Below are positions 20,151-30,959 of a DNA stretch of 64,000 bases, in pieces; position 1 is the stretch's first letter, and each line of letters opens with the position of its first letter. Source of the stretch: an uncultured delta proteobacterium. Lineage in GTDB: Bacteria > Desulfobacterota > Desulfobacteria > Desulfobacterales > Desulfatirhabdiaceae. Position numbers and translations under genes: made by a program. Location: assembly GCA_963789395.1 (NCBI GenBank), contig CAWBKP010000020.1, forward strand, positions 96,001 to 160,000, written 5' to 3'. The notes under the pieces are model-generated. The model ran no database searches, was not told where the DNA came from, and saw only the letters and a list, made by a program, of their open reading frames with translations.

Positions 20151-21688
20151 CCGCCATGGTGATAATAACCGGAATCTGTCTGGTTTCTGTACTGCTCAGC
20201 TATGTTGCGTTCCGCAAAGGTTTTACCCGAAACGCGGACGATTATTTTGTTGCCGGATCGAGTCTGGGGTATTTTGTATTGATTTTCAGTCTGCTGGCAT
20301 CGTTTCTGAGCGCATTTTCCATGTTTGGGATGGCAAGTCTTGGTTATCGTACCGGATTCGGCGCGCTCTTTGTTTTGACCGTCAATCTGGTTCCGCTGGG
20401 ATTTCTCTGGTATTTCGTTCATCGAAAAACACTCGTTCTGGGGCGCGCCCGCCGCTGGATGTCCATGGGCGCCCCTTTTGGTGAGCGCTATGGAAAAAGC
20501 ATGCGGGCGATTATTCCGGTTGTTGTGCTGATCGCATCCATACCGTATCTGGTGGCGCAGCTTCAAGGAATCGGTGTAATGGTGGAAACCATGACCGAGG
20601 GATTGATTTCCTATAAAGTCGGCTTGTTTTTTATCCCCATATTTATTGCGGTTTATCTGATGATGGGCGGAATGAAAGGCTCGGCCTGGGTCAATACGGT
20701 TCAGGGGATTTTTTTCACCGTCATGGTGTTTGTCCTCTTTTTTGCGGTCATGGCCAAAAACGGCGGCTTTGGTCCGACAATGGATATGGTCTTTGAAACG
20801 CATCCGGAATTGTTTCAACTGGGATGGAACAATGGAAAAGTCTGGAGTTATCCCATGATTTTCGGTTTCTCAACCGCGATGTGTCTGGGGTGTATTTGCT
20901 TTCCTCAGCCGTATATGCATTCATATTCCAGCCGCTCGGTTCACGGGTTTAAATCCATGTTTGTGGCCTTCGGCGGCATCTGTATCATTGTCATCACCAT
21001 GCCGACACTGATCGGTATCGCCTCCCGGGTCATTGTGCCAAAGCTTGCCGGTGTCGAGGCGGACAAGGTGTTTGGAATGGTCGCCAGCATGAGCATGCCG
21101 AACTGGCTGGCAGCCATGGCTGTTGCAGGCGGATTCACGGCAGCCATGTCAACGGTGAACGGGCTGGTTTTCGGCAATGCCACCAATATTTCAGTCGATC
21201 TTTACAAAACCCTCAAACCCGATGCCAGTCAGCCCGAACTGGTTCGAATTGCCAGGATTTGTGTCTCTTTAATTATGGCGGTCTGTACCTGGATTGCCTG
21301 GAACCCCAACACGCCCGTGGCCGAGCTTTCCGTCATTGCATTCGGCATGGTTGCCGTAACCATCTTCCCGCTCTGTGGCGCGTATTTCTGGAAACGGGCT
21401 ACCACGGCCGGCGCCATTGCAGCCACCATCGGCGGGGCAGGTTTGAATGTTCTGTTTTATTTTATCGGCGGAAAAGGGATGATACTGTCCCCGCAGGCCG
21501 GTTTTTTCCAACTGAATGGCTTCCTGGTTGCCTTTCTGGCTGCCGGAACCCTGTTTATCGGCATCAGTCTGGCCACGAAGCCGGGGCTCGTGGCACAGAA
21601 AAGTCTTTCTCTTTTCTTTCATCCGGCGCTGAACGGCAACGGCGTCCAAGCCCATGAATCGGTGACAGACCTGCAACCAGTCACTTGA
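20147..21688 (+). CDS. Sodium:solute symporter family protein
   Basis: DDYFVAG.SLG, SFLSAFS, GGMKG.AWVNTVQ, AAMSTV. Confidence 0.92.
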   Translation: MTAMVIITGICLVSVLLSYVAFRKGFTRNADDYFVAGSSLGYFVLIFSLLASFLSAFSMFGMASLGYRTGFGALFVLTVNLVPLGFLWYFVHRKTLVLGRARRWMSMGAPFGERYGKSMRAIIPVVVLIASIPYLVAQLQGIGVMVETMTEGLISYKVGLFFIPIFIAVYLMMGGMKGSAWVNTVQGIFFTVMVFVLFFAVMAKNGGFGPTMDMVFETHPELFQLGWNNGKVWSYPMIFGFSTAMCLGCICFPQPYMHSYSSRSVHGFKSMFVAFGGICIIVITMPTLIGIASRVIVPKLAGVEADKVFGMVASMSMPNWLAAMAVAGGFTAAMSTVNGLVFGNATNISVDLYKTLKPDASQPELVRIARICVSLIMAVCTWIAWNPNTPVAELSVIAFGMVAVTIFPLCGAYFWKRATTAGAIAATIGGAGLNVLFYFIGGKGMILSPQAGFFQLNGFLVAFLAAGTLFIGISLATKPGLVAQKSLSLFFHPALNGNGVQAHESVTDLQPVT

Positions 21689-21732
21689 TTTGTTTGAGGG
21701 CAACTCCCGGATGATGCGGGGTTGCCGAGAAA

Positions 21733-21820
21733 CTTTTCCAATGGAAATGGGAGGCCAGGGGGGATTTAAATATCTTTCCGGGTGGAAAATTCCCCCGACT
21801 TTCCCCTGTTTCAATGGAAG
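21733..21820. repeat. REP-like repeat, degenerate inverted pair
   Basis: GGGAGGCCAGGGGGGATTTAA ... AAAATTCCCCCGACTTTCCCC, same family as 9423-9509. Confidence 0.6.
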
Positions 21821-22114
21821 CAATTATCCGATGATTCCAGCCCGATTCACCAGCGTTTCAAAACGCTGCGGTTGATTCCCGGATTTCCCTCTGTTTCTGA
21901 ATAGTTGTCTGTTTACCTGCTTAAAAAGTCAAACCGCATCGATCTTGACAAAGAATTCCCGCTCCTATAGATATTTAGACACGTTACCAAGGCTGTGCCG
22001 GAAGGAACGGCCATTCAGGTCAATCGCCGTTGATGGCCATCCGATCACACCCCTCCGAAAAAGGACTTCGGGAAGACGAAGGCGTACAGCATTCCGCATA
22101 TGAAGGAGGCGTCC

Positions 22115-23483
22115 ATGCGAACGATTCTGGTGGTTGATGACGAAACGCCGATTCTGGAATCCCTTGAAATGTTTCTGGGAGAAAAAGGGTACCGGATCAT
22201 CACCGCAGCCACGGGTGCGGAAGGCGAGAAGCAGTTCCGACAACATCATCCGGATGTGGTGATGCTGGATATCCGGCTTCCGGATAAAAGCGGACTTGAG
22301 ATATTAAAGGAAATGCTGAGCATCGCCAATCCGCCCAAAGTCATCATGATGACCGCCTTTCAGGATATGGAAACCACCATTGAAGCAATGAAGTCAGGCG
22401 CATATGAATATCTCAACAAGCCTTTGGATGCCGGAGATATCGAACGTACGGTCGATCGCGCTTTTCGCATGCGGTGGCCGGAGGAGAAACATGAACTTCC
22501 GGCAGATGTCCCGTCGGCAAAAGGGGTGATCATCGGAAAAAGTCCGCAGATGTGCTGATATTTTCAAGACCATTGGGATTTTATGCCGGAACCAGGCCAC
22601 TGTCTTGATCCAGGGTGAAACGGGAACCGGAAAGGAACTGGTTGCCCGGACCATTCACCAGAACAGTTCTTTTTCCGACGAACCCATGATAACACTGGAT
22701 TGTTCCGCCATTGTCGAAACCCTTCTGGAAAGTGAGCTCTTCGGGCATTCGAAAGGCGCGTTTACCGGCGCTGTCGAAACCAAGCCGGGAAAGATCGAGC
22801 TTGCCGGCAGGGGAACGCTTTTTCTGGATGAGGTGACGGAACTGCCGATTTATCTCCAATCCAAATTTCTTGGATTTCTGGAGCGTAAAGAATACATGCG
22901 GGTCGGCGGCCGGCGTATCCATAAATCCCGATGCCGGATCATATCGGCTACCAATCGGGATATGGCGGCGCTTGTGCGTCAGGGGCGTTTTCGTGAAGAC
23001 CTCTATTACCGGTTGAAAGTGGTTTCCATTTTTGTCCCCCCGCTCAGAGATCGCATCTGTGATATTCCGGACCTGTCCCGGTACTTTCTGCAGAAAGCCG
23101 CCAGAGAGCACTGCACGGAAGCGCTGCAATTTGAGGCCGGTGTTGTCGATCGGCTCTGTGCTCAGCCCTGGGTAGGGAATGTTCGACAGTTGCAGAACGT
23201 AATCATGGCTGCTGCGCTGCGATCCAGGGGCAAACGGGTGCTTCTGGAAGATATCGAACGGGAGCTGGCTGCAGGATGCAGCAGGACGATTCCGGAGCCT
23301 GCCGACTTTTCCATGGAATCTTCAGAACGGGCTCATATCCAGAAGACCCTGGATCATGTGCAATGGCACCGGTCTCGCGCCGCCGATCTTTTAGGAATTT
23401 CCCTGCCGACCCTTCGCAGCAAAATTCATAAATACAATCTTCAGCCTTCCCAGTCATTCCGGTTGCCGGTGGAGGATATCTGA
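22115..23483 (+). CDS. NtrC/AtoC-family sigma54 response regulator with a 1-bp frameshift near 22555
   Basis: Receiver (VVDDE, LDIRLP), [20 protein letters not shown]-terminal HTH; removing one base gives ...QMCDIFKTIG...[12 protein letters not shown]. Confidence 0.88.
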
Positions 23484-23689
23484 AAATTTATTTCACTTCC
23501 GGGTAATTTTTTTTCAACAAAAAGTTGTTGCGCCACTTTTTGCTAAACAGCTTTCAGCGATTGATTGGCGGAGCAAAAAAACAACTGCGTTTATTTGGTT
23601 TGTGATGAATAGTATTTACAGAAGCTTGGCCTGATAACATTGCAGATAGTCTTGTTTATCCTTTCTGATGATTTTCCCAACATTACATT

Positions 23690-23705
23690 CGGCATGTCAT
23701 TTGCT
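23690..23705 (+). promoter_or_regulatory. sigma54 promoter for the CoA ligase
   Basis: CGGCATGTCATTTGCT (GG-N10-GC). Confidence 0.65.
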
Positions 23706-23793
23706 TCTTCCGGTCAAAGGAGAGCGACTCGCACCGGGGGGCCGACAATAACGGGAAACAACAATCGAAAAGGCAGGGCAAAGGAGAGTTACG

Positions 23794-25332
23794 ATGACAA
23801 CAAGTTTGAATCTTCCTGAAGTGTTCAATGCTGCGGATCATTTTGTCGACCGGCACATTCGTGAAGGCCGGGGCGGGCGAAGCGCGATACGCTGTGGGGA
23901 CCGGTCTCTGACCTACGCCGATGTTCAGGCGGGAATGAACCGGTTCGGCAATGGCATAAAATCCCTGGGTGTCCGCATGGAAGAGCGGGTTGCGGTGCTG
24001 CTGCATGACACGGAGATCTATTCGCAGATTTTTTTCGGTGCCATCAAGACAGGTGCGGTGCCCATCTGCCTGAATACCCTGATGCGACCCAAGGATTACC
24101 AGTATTTCCTGAACGACAGTCGGGCGCGGGTACTGGTCGTTGAGGCAACCCTGTGGGGGCTGGTGGCGCCGATTCGAAACAATCTGATGTATCTTGAGCA
24201 TATTATTGTGGCCAACGGTCCGGCGCCCGATTCAACCCTTGCTTACGAAGAATGGGTCGCCGGCCAGTCAACGGAACTCTCCGCAGCCCCGACCTCTCCC
24301 GATGACCCCTGTTTCTGGCTTTACAGCTCCGGGACCACCGGGCAGTCCAAAGGAACGGTTCATCTGCAGCATGACATGGTTTATGCAGCAGAAACTTACG
24401 GAAAACAGGTTCTGGGCGTTCAGGAAAACGATATCTGTTTTTCCGCTGCCAAACTGTTTTTTGCCTACGGCCTGGGAAACGGGCTGTATTTTCCTTTCCA
24501 TGTTGGCGCCACAGCGGTTTATCTGCCGGATCGGCCGCTGCCTGCCGCCGTGTTTGAGACGATTGAGCGCTTCCGGCCCACGCTGTTTTTCGGGGTGCCG
24601 ACGCTGTTCAGCAATATGCTGGTGGCCGAAGGCAAACTGACGGGTGTTCGGCTCTGCGTATCCGCCGGGGAGTCCCTGCCCCCGGATATTCTAAAAAGGT
24701 GGGAAAGCCGCTTTGGCGTGACGATTCTGGACGGGATCGGATCCACGGAAATGGCCCACATCTTTATTTCCAACCGCATCGGCAATATCCAGCCCGGCTG
24801 CACGGGCCTGCCGGTGCCAGGCTATGAGGCCAAAATTGTCGATGAAAACTTCAACCCGGTACCGGACGGCGAGATCGGCACCCTGCTGGTCAAGGGAGAC
24901 AGTGCTGCCGCCTATTACTGGAACAAGCACGAAAAGACCAAGGAAACCATGCTGGGCGAGTGGCTGAACACCGGCGACAAATTCTATAAAAACGAAAAAG
25001 GCTTTTTTTACTATGTGGGCCGTACCAACGACATGCTGAAAGCCGGCGGCATCTGGGTATCGCCGGTGGAGGTGGAGGCCTGCCTGATCGAGCATCCGGC
25101 GGTCCTTGAATGTGCGGTGGTCGGGGCTGAGGACGAGGAAAATCTGATCAAACCCAAGGCTTTTATCGTCCTGCAGCAGGGCTATGCCCCTTCCCCGGAG
25201 CTGGAAAAAGCGCTCAAAGCGCATGTCAAGGAATCGCTGGCGCCCTATAAATTCCCTAGATGGATTTCATTTGTTGAGGATCTGCCGAAAACCGCCACCG
25301 GCAAGATCAAGCGCTTTGAACTGAGACAATAG
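23794..25332 (+). CDS. Benzoate-CoA ligase family protein
   Basis: FWLYSSGTTG..KG, AKLFFAYGLGN, SAGESLP, DGIGSTEMAHIF, LPKTATGKIKR. Confidence 0.92.
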   Translation: MTTSLNLPEVFNAADHFVDRHIREGRGGRSAIRCGDRSLTYADVQAGMNRFGNGIKSLGVRMEERVAVLLHDTEIYSQIFFGAIKTGAVPICLNTLMRPKDYQYFLNDSRARVLVVEATLWGLVAPIRNNLMYLEHIIVANGPAPDSTLAYEEWVAGQSTELSAAPTSPDDPCFWLYSSGTTGQSKGTVHLQHDMVYAAETYGKQVLGVQENDICFSAAKLFFAYGLGNGLYFPFHVGATAVYLPDRPLPAAVFETIERFRPTLFFGVPTLFSNMLVAEGKLTGVRLCVSAGESLPPDILKRWESRFGVTILDGIGSTEMAHIFISNRIGNIQPGCTGLPVPGYEAKIVDENFNPVPDGEIGTLLVKGDSAAAYYWNKHEKTKETMLGEWLNTGDKFYKNEKGFFYYVGRTNDMLKAGGIWVSPVEVEACLIEHPAVLECAVVGAEDEENLIKPKAFIVLQQGYAPSPELEKALKAHVKESLAPYKFPRWISFVEDLPKTATGKIKRFELRQ

Positions 25333-25388
25333 GCAGGTTATATTCATTCATGAATTCAGGGTACCTTCTCGTTCAAATAAAAAACCCT

Positions 25389-25422
25389 TCCCCCTCTGGA
25401 AAATGGGGATCGAGGGCGATTT
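25389..25422. repeat. Degenerate REP-like repeat
   Basis: TCCCCCTCTGGAAAATGGGGATCGAGGGCGATTT. Confidence 0.45.
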
Positions 25423-25470
25423 CAACTCAATAACATTGGCGGTGGACCGTCACAAACTTAGGAATAACTG

Positions 25471-26037
25471 ATGAAACCTGCTGTCATTGTCGTCGATATG
25501 CTGGAAGGAAATTATGAACACATCCCGGCCGAGGACCGGGACGAAATCCGGATCATTCCCCTTGTCCGGGAGTTTCTCAAATCCTGCCGCCCAAAATCCA
25601 TTCCGGTAATCTTTGCATGCGACAGTTTTCTGGAAAATGATTTCATTTTCAAGGGACGGATGAAACCTCATGCCATCCGGGGAACTTCAGGCGTCAGGCC
25701 GCTGCCCGCTCTGGAAATCGAAAAGACGGATATCATGCTGGAAAAGAGGCGATTCAGCGCATTTTTTAAAACAGACCTGGATCAGACACTGAGAACGCTG
25801 GGGGTGGATACGGTGGCTGTCTGCGGGATTCATACCCATTTCTGTGTCCTGACAACGGCTCTGGATGCCGTCTGTCTGGATTTCAACAGCATCATGCTGG
25901 AGGATTTGTGCGCAGCCTATAAAAGAGAGATTCATGTAAACTGCATCGAAGCCTACCGGAAATCGGCGATTCACCCCATTTTAAGGGTGATGCCGTCATC
26001 GGAATTTCTGCATGAAATAAATGATTTCGGTGTATAA
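25471..26037 (+). CDS. Isochorismatase/nicotinamidase-family cysteine hydrolase
   Basis: VIVVDM (Asp), EKRRFSAF (Lys), GIHTHFCV (Cys) catalytic triad. Confidence 0.9.
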   Translation: MKPAVIVVDMLEGNYEHIPAEDRDEIRIIPLVREFLKSCRPKSIPVIFACDSFLENDFIFKGRMKPHAIRGTSGVRPLPALEIEKTDIMLEKRRFSAFFKTDLDQTLRTLGVDTVAVCGIHTHFCVLTTALDAVCLDFNSIMLEDLCAAYKREIHVNCIEAYRKSAIHPILRVMPSSEFLHEINDFGV

Positions 26038-26328
26038 AAAGGCTGTGTTTTTTTGATGATATTCTGATAGTATTTGATCTTCATGTGGGCAGAAAAGTCC
26101 CTTCAACGATATCGGCAAATTTCGTGAAGGGACTTTTTTAATTCTCATCCGCTGTATCGTATGCATTGGTATCTGTGGAATGCCGGTCATTATATGTTGC
26201 CGGCGGATGTGGGATGTAATAGCGTGCATCGTCATTCAATATGGAAGCTCGCGGTATTTCCATTGATATAAAAGGCCTGTGCGACAGCCGGCCAATTGAA
26301 ATCGCCAAGAAGTGCGACCGGGAAGGAT

Positions 26329-27771
26329 ATGGGAAAAAAATCAAAATTGAAGGGATTCGGCGAGCTGGATGAAGACATCGTCAACGCCCTTATAGATAAT
26401 CCTTATGAATGCCCGATTGTTATCGATAACAAAGGCATTATCCGTTTCATGAGCCGTTTCAGTAAAAGCCTCATTAAGATTGATCCGGAAAATGCGATCG
26501 GAAAACATATTTCGGACATCATTCCGGAAACCCATCTTCATGAAGTTCTGGAGGAAGGAAAGGCCAGAATAGGAGATACGCTGTACATTGCCGGACGCCA
26601 ACAAGTCATATCCAGAATTCCCTTGCGAAATTACAAGGATGAGCTCATCGGCGCTGTCGGCAAGGGGATATTCAACGAAACATCCAAAGTGTTTGAGCTT
26701 CATCGCAGAATCGAGCAGTTGAACGGAAGAATTCTGGCGCTGCAGGAACAGGTAAACAACATGAAAGGCGGCGCCGTGATTGTGGGCCGGTCCGCGCTCA
26801 TCCAGGCCACCAGAGAAAGTGCATACCAGGCCGCAAGAACGAATGCCTCTGTTTTAATTACCGGGGAAACCGGAACCGGCAAGGAAGTGATTGCGTTTTA
26901 TATCCACCAGTGCAGCCAGAGAGCCAAAGAGCCTTTTATCCGGGTCAACTGTGCCGCCATCCCTGCCGATCTGTTTGAAAGCGAGCTTTTCGGATACGAG
27001 GAAGGCGCGTTTACCGGCGCCCTGGCAAAGGGCAAACCGGGAAAATTTGAACTGGCGAAAGGCGGAACGATTTTTCTGGATGAAATCGCCGAACTGCCTG
27101 TCCCGATGCAGGCAAAGCTGCTCCGGGTCATCCAGGAAAGGACGGTGGATCGGCTGGGGGGAACCAAACCCCTTGACGTTGATTTCCGGCTCATTGCCGC
27201 CACAAACCGGAACCTGCCGGATCTGGTCAAAAAAGAGGCATTCCGGATGGATCTGTATTTTCGGATCAATGTGTTTCAGATCCAGGCACCCGGTTTGAGG
27301 CAGATCCGGGAAGATGTTCCCGTCATAGCCATGCATTTAATGTCGTTGTTAAAAGAAGAAATCGGCTGGGGTCCTTCAGCTATCGCCGATGATGCCATGG
27401 AAGTCCTCAAGCTATACGCATGGCCCGGAAATGTCAGAGAACTCAGAAATATTTTGGAAAGGGTGATGATCGTCTCCAAAGACAATGTTATTCGCGTGGA
27501 AGATCTTCCTGCCATGATCCGAAACAAAGGCATCGCGCAGTCCTTTCCAGGCGCCTTTTCTCCGGAGGGAACGCTTCGCCGGAAATTGGAGGATGCTGAA
27601 AAAAGAATCATTTTGGAAACGCTTCAGCACACCAACGGCAATAAGTTGAAAGCCGCAAAACTTCTGGGGATTCACCGCTCCTCCCTGTATGAAAGGCTCA
27701 AGCGCATGGGCCATGATACAGTTGATGGCGATGGCCATCAATCATCATCCAGGACTCGCTCCAGAGCATAA
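26329..27771 (+). CDS. PAS-containing sigma54-dependent transcriptional activator
   Basis: PAS region, [36 protein letters not shown], Fis-type HTH. Confidence 0.93.
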   Translation: MGKKSKLKGFGELDEDIVNALIDNPYECPIVIDNKGIIRFMSRFSKSLIKIDPENAIGKHISDIIPETHLHEVLEEGKARIGDTLYIAGRQQVISRIPLRNYKDELIGAVGKGIFNETSKVFELHRRIEQLNGRILALQEQVNNMKGGAVIVGRSALIQATRESAYQAARTNASVLITGETGTGKEVIAFYIHQCSQRAKEPFIRVNCAAIPADLFESELFGYEEGAFTGALAKGKPGKFELAKGGTIFLDEIAELPVPMQAKLLRVIQERTVDRLGGTKPLDVDFRLIAATNRNLPDLVKKEAFRMDLYFRINVFQIQAPGLRQIREDVPVIAMHLMSLLKEEIGWGPSAIADDAMEVLKLYAWPGNVRELRNILERVMIVSKDNVIRVEDLPAMIRNKGIAQSFPGAFSPEGTLRRKLEDAEKRIILETLQHTNGNKLKAAKLLGIHRSSLYERLKRMGHDTVDGDGHQSSSRTRSRA

Positions 27772-28000
27772 AAAAGAAGCAGGCCCCCTGAGTGTCTGGA
27801 TTGTTGTACATGTCTATAAATTTCAGACAATATGATTTATCAATAAAGATATTCAATATGTTATAGAATTTATGTGATTGCTCCCCGCCAGTACTGTCCA
27901 CCCGGCAAGACATCCCTGTTTTTGCATGTGTTGATATCTTCCGGAAATAACCCGTTGAAATAACAATCTAATTTCTGTTTGTAACAGCATGTTTCATGCT

Positions 28001-28016
28001 TGGCCCTTGTTTTGCT
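28001..28016 (+). promoter_or_regulatory. sigma54 promoter for the glutaryl-CoA operon
   Basis: TGGCCCTTGTTTTGCT (GG-N10-GC). Confidence 0.7.
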
Positions 28017-28132
28017 TAAAGCGAAGGGACTGGGACAGGCTTTCAACTGCCATCACGAGAAGATGCAGGACATGTTGCTGAACGGATCACGATATAACTA
28101 CTAGTCAATTTATAAAGGAAAAAGGTGATTAT

Positions 28133-29296
28133 ATGGATTTCGGTCTTTCCAAGGAACTGACGATGTTGAAAAAAGCGGTGAGTGAATTTGCCAAGAAAAA
28201 AATAGCTCCCTTTGCCGATGAATGGGATGCGAACAATTATTTCCCCTATGAAGAAGCCATCAGACCCATGGGCGAGCTGGGCTTTTTCGGTACGGTCATC
28301 CCCGAGGCCTATGGCGGAGAAAACATGGGATGGCTGGCCGCGATGATCGTGACCGAGGAAATTGCAAAAGCCTCCAGTTCCCTGCGCGTGCAGGTGAACA
28401 TGCAGGTGCTGGGATGCGCTTATACGATTTTTACTTACGGAGAAGAAGTGCTGAAGAAAAAATATGTCGAAAAACTCTGCACCGCCGAATACCTTGGCGG
28501 ATTCGGCATCACCGAGGCCGATGCCGGATCGGACACCATGTCCATGAAATCAACCGCCGAGGAAAAGGATGACTGCTTTCTGCTGAACGGTTCCAAAACA
28601 TGGATATCCAATGCCGCCGTTGCCGATGTTCTGATCTGCTATGCCTATACCGACAAATCAAAAGGCTCCAAAGGCCTGTCCGCATTTGTCATCGAACCCA
28701 AGAATTTTGCCGGAATCAAAACCTCTGCCCTTGAAAAACTGGGATCACACTCCTCGCCCACGGGAGAACTCTTTTTTGACAACGTCAGGATTCCCAAGGA
28801 AAACCTTCTTGGGAAAAGTCGGCGATGGCGCCAAAATTCTCTTCAGCTCCCTGAATCACACCCGGTTTCCGCTGCGGCGGGCGGCGTCGGTCTGTCCCAG
28901 GCATGTCTGGATGAGGCCGTAAAATACTGCAACACCCGGAAGCAGTTTGGAAAATCCATCGGTGAATTTCAGATGAATCAGGATATGATCGCTCAGATGG
29001 CCACCGATATCGAGGCCGCAAGACTGCTGGTATATAAAGCCGCCGTGGCTAAGGACAAGGGCATGCTGAACAACGGGCTCGATGTGGCCCAGGCAAAACT
29101 GTTTTCAGGGGAAACCGCGACAAAATGCGCCAACTTTGCCATGAGAATACTGGGCGCTTACGGATATTCGACTGAATATCCGGTTGCCAGATATTACCGG
29201 GATGCGCCCACTTACAGCATGGTGGAAGGATCCACCAACATCTGCAAGATGATCATCGCCCTGGATCAGCTTGGCGTCAAAAAAGCGAACAGATAA
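28133..29296 (+). CDS. Glutaryl-CoA dehydrogenase, non-decarboxylating (glutaconyl-CoA-forming); two compensating indels at about 28815 and 28866
   Basis: Resembles the Desulfococcus multivorans enzyme as I recall it (PYEEA.RPMGELGFFG, LRVQ, RILGAYGYSTEYPVAR, MVEGS.NICKMIIALDQLG); the alternative frame restores GDGAKILFSSLNHTR. Confidence 0.88.
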   Translation: MDFGLSKELTMLKKAVSEFAKKKIAPFADEWDANNYFPYEEAIRPMGELGFFGTVIPEAYGGENMGWLAAMIVTEEIAKASSSLRVQVNMQVLGCAYTIFTYGEEVLKKKYVEKLCTAEYLGGFGITEADAGSDTMSMKSTAEEKDDCFLLNGSKTWISNAAVADVLICYAYTDKSKGSKGLSAFVIEPKNFAGIKTSALEKLGSHSSPTGELFFDNVRIPKENLLGKSRRWRQNSLQLPESHPVSAAAGGVGLSQACLDEAVKYCNTRKQFGKSIGEFQMNQDMIAQMATDIEAARLLVYKAAVAKDKGMLNNGLDVAQAKLFSGETATKCANFAMRILGAYGYSTEYPVARYYRDAPTYSMVEGSTNICKMIIALDQLGVKKANR

Positions 29297-29330
29297 CCCA
29301 AAACGTAAAAAATCGGGAGAGGAGTCACTC

Positions 29331-29462
29331 ATGGGCGAGACCCTGGGAATTTTTGTTGCCGGAATTGCCGGTGTTTTTCTGGGTATGGCACTGCTCTACC
29401 TTTCGACAAAATTAACCTCTGTCGTTACGGACAGATATTTTAAAAGCACGGATGATAAATGA
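29331..29462 (+). CDS. gcdD: Glutaconyl-CoA decarboxylase delta (OadG-like membrane anchor) subunit
   Basis: GGAG RBS; single TM GIAGVFLGMALLY; ATGA overlap with the beta subunit gene. Confidence 0.7.
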   Translation: MGETLGIFVAGIAGVFLGMALLYLSTKLTSVVTDRYFKSTDDK

Positions 29463-30580
29463 TCGATAAACTGCTTGCGATGGTGGCGACAACCGGTTTT
29501 TTGTTGATAACACCCGGCATGGTTTTCATGTGGGCGATCGGACTGATCCTGATCTTTCTGGCCATTTCTAAAGAGTATGAACCGCTGCTGCTGCTTCCCA
29601 TCGGTTTCGGAATCATTCTTGCCAACCTGCCCCTGGCAGGGCTGATGGAACCGAACGAAGGACTTCTCTGGAAGTTTTACGAATACGGCATTCACTGGGA
29701 AATCATCCCGCCGCTCATTTTCCTGGGCCTTGGGGCACTGACGGACTTTGGTCCCATGCTGGCAAGGCCGTCCCTGATTTTTCTGGGGGCAGGGGCTCAG
29801 GCAGGTGTTTACATCACGTTCTTTGTCGCCCATCTCTTTTTGGGGTTTTCCTTTAAAGAAGCCGCCACGATCGGGATCATCGGCGGCGCTGACGGGCCGA
29901 CAACCATTTACCTGGCCTCGAAGCTTGCGCCGCACATGCTGGGAACCTGCGCCGTGGCGGCATACTCCTATATGGCGCTGGTGCCGATCATACAGCCGCC
30001 GGTCATGAGACTGCTCACAACCGATGCGGAGCGGAAAATCAGGATGCCCAAGTCCAGAAAGGTGGGGAAACTGGAAAGAATGCTTTTTCCGATCATTTCC
30101 ACATTTGTGATTATTCTGCTTGTTCCCCCGGCCGCTCCCCTGATTGCGATGTTCATGGTGGGCAATCTGTTCCGGGAATGCAAGGTCGTGGAAAGACTCA
30201 GTCACGCCGCCCAGAACGAACTGCTGAACATCATCACCATTTTACTGGGAATCCCCATCGGCGCCACCATGCATGCGGAAACCTTTCTGAAAAAAGAAGT
30301 GATTTTTGTCTTTATACTCGGGCTGTTCGCCTTTGCAGCCAGCACGGCGACCGGGGTTATCATTGCCAAAATCATGAATTTGTTCACCAGGGAGAAGATC
30401 AATCCATTGCTGGGTGCAGCCGGAGTCTCCGCCGTGCCCATGGCGGCGCGCGTGGTGCACAAGGTGGCCCAGGAATCGGACAAGAAAAATTATCTGTTGA
30501 TGTACGCCATGGGCCCGAATGTTTCCGGAGTGATCGGAACCGTCATTGCCGCGGGCATATTTTTAACCCTGCTCAAATAA
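29459..30580 (+). CDS. gcdB: Na+-translocating decarboxylase beta subunit
   Basis: YEPLLLLPIGFG, GALTDFGP, IGIIGGADGPT, GAAGVSAVPMAARV, AMGPNVSGVIG. Confidence 0.93.
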   Translation: MIDKLLAMVATTGFLLITPGMVFMWAIGLILIFLAISKEYEPLLLLPIGFGIILANLPLAGLMEPNEGLLWKFYEYGIHWEIIPPLIFLGLGALTDFGPMLARPSLIFLGAGAQAGVYITFFVAHLFLGFSFKEAATIGIIGGADGPTTIYLASKLAPHMLGTCAVAAYSYMALVPIIQPPVMRLLTTDAERKIRMPKSRKVGKLERMLFPIISTFVIILLVPPAAPLIAMFMVGNLFRECKVVERLSHAAQNELLNIITILLGIPIGATMHAETFLKKEVIFVFILGLFAFAASTATGVIIAKIMNLFTREKINPLLGAAGVSAVPMAARVVHKVAQESDKKNYLLMYAMGPNVSGVIGTVIAAGIFLTLLK

Positions 30581-30721
30581 ATCCATGGACCGGACGGTTT
30601 TCCGGTAAACGGATATAAATCTCTGCTGACAAACAGACCGGCGTATGAATACCTGCAAAAACATAAGCGCAGCACTGAAAGCAGATCACGTTTAAACAAC
30701 AAATAATGAAGAGGAAAAACC

Positions 30722-30943
30722 ATGAATGAAGAACTGTTGGCCCCCTTGGCCGGAATGATCACCCAGATGGATATCAATGTCGGTGACAAGGTTGAAGAAG
30801 ATGACGATGCCCTGGTTATCGAAGCAATGAAAATGGAAACTCGGATTTATGTTCCCTGCAGCGGCGTCGTCCGGGAGGTCCGGGTAAAAAAAGGGGATAA
30901 GGTTGAAGAAGACGATATCATTGCGGTCATTCAAATCAATTAG
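30722..30943 (+). CDS. gcdC: Biotin carboxyl carrier subunit
   Basis: EAMKM biotinylation motif. Confidence 0.9.
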   Translation: MNEELLAPLAGMITQMDINVGDKVEEDDDALVIEAMKMETRIYVPCSGVVREVRVKKGDKVEEDDIIAVIQIN

Positions 30944-30959
30944 TTTTCCGAATCAAATT

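Noticed and set aside
21990..22090. Glycine-riboswitch-like words (CCGGAAGGAAC, TTCAGGTCAA)
   Set aside because: The other conserved aptamer elements are missing; kept only as an unassigned structured leader.
22553..22558. TGC-TGA (Cys-Sec-like) at the end of the receiver ORF
   Set aside because: The AAA+ domain continues in a different frame, so this is a frameshift rather than recoding.
23627..23644. TGGCCTGATAACATTGCA as a sigma54 promoter
   Set aside because: GG-to-GC spacing is 12, not 10; the site at 23690 fits properly.
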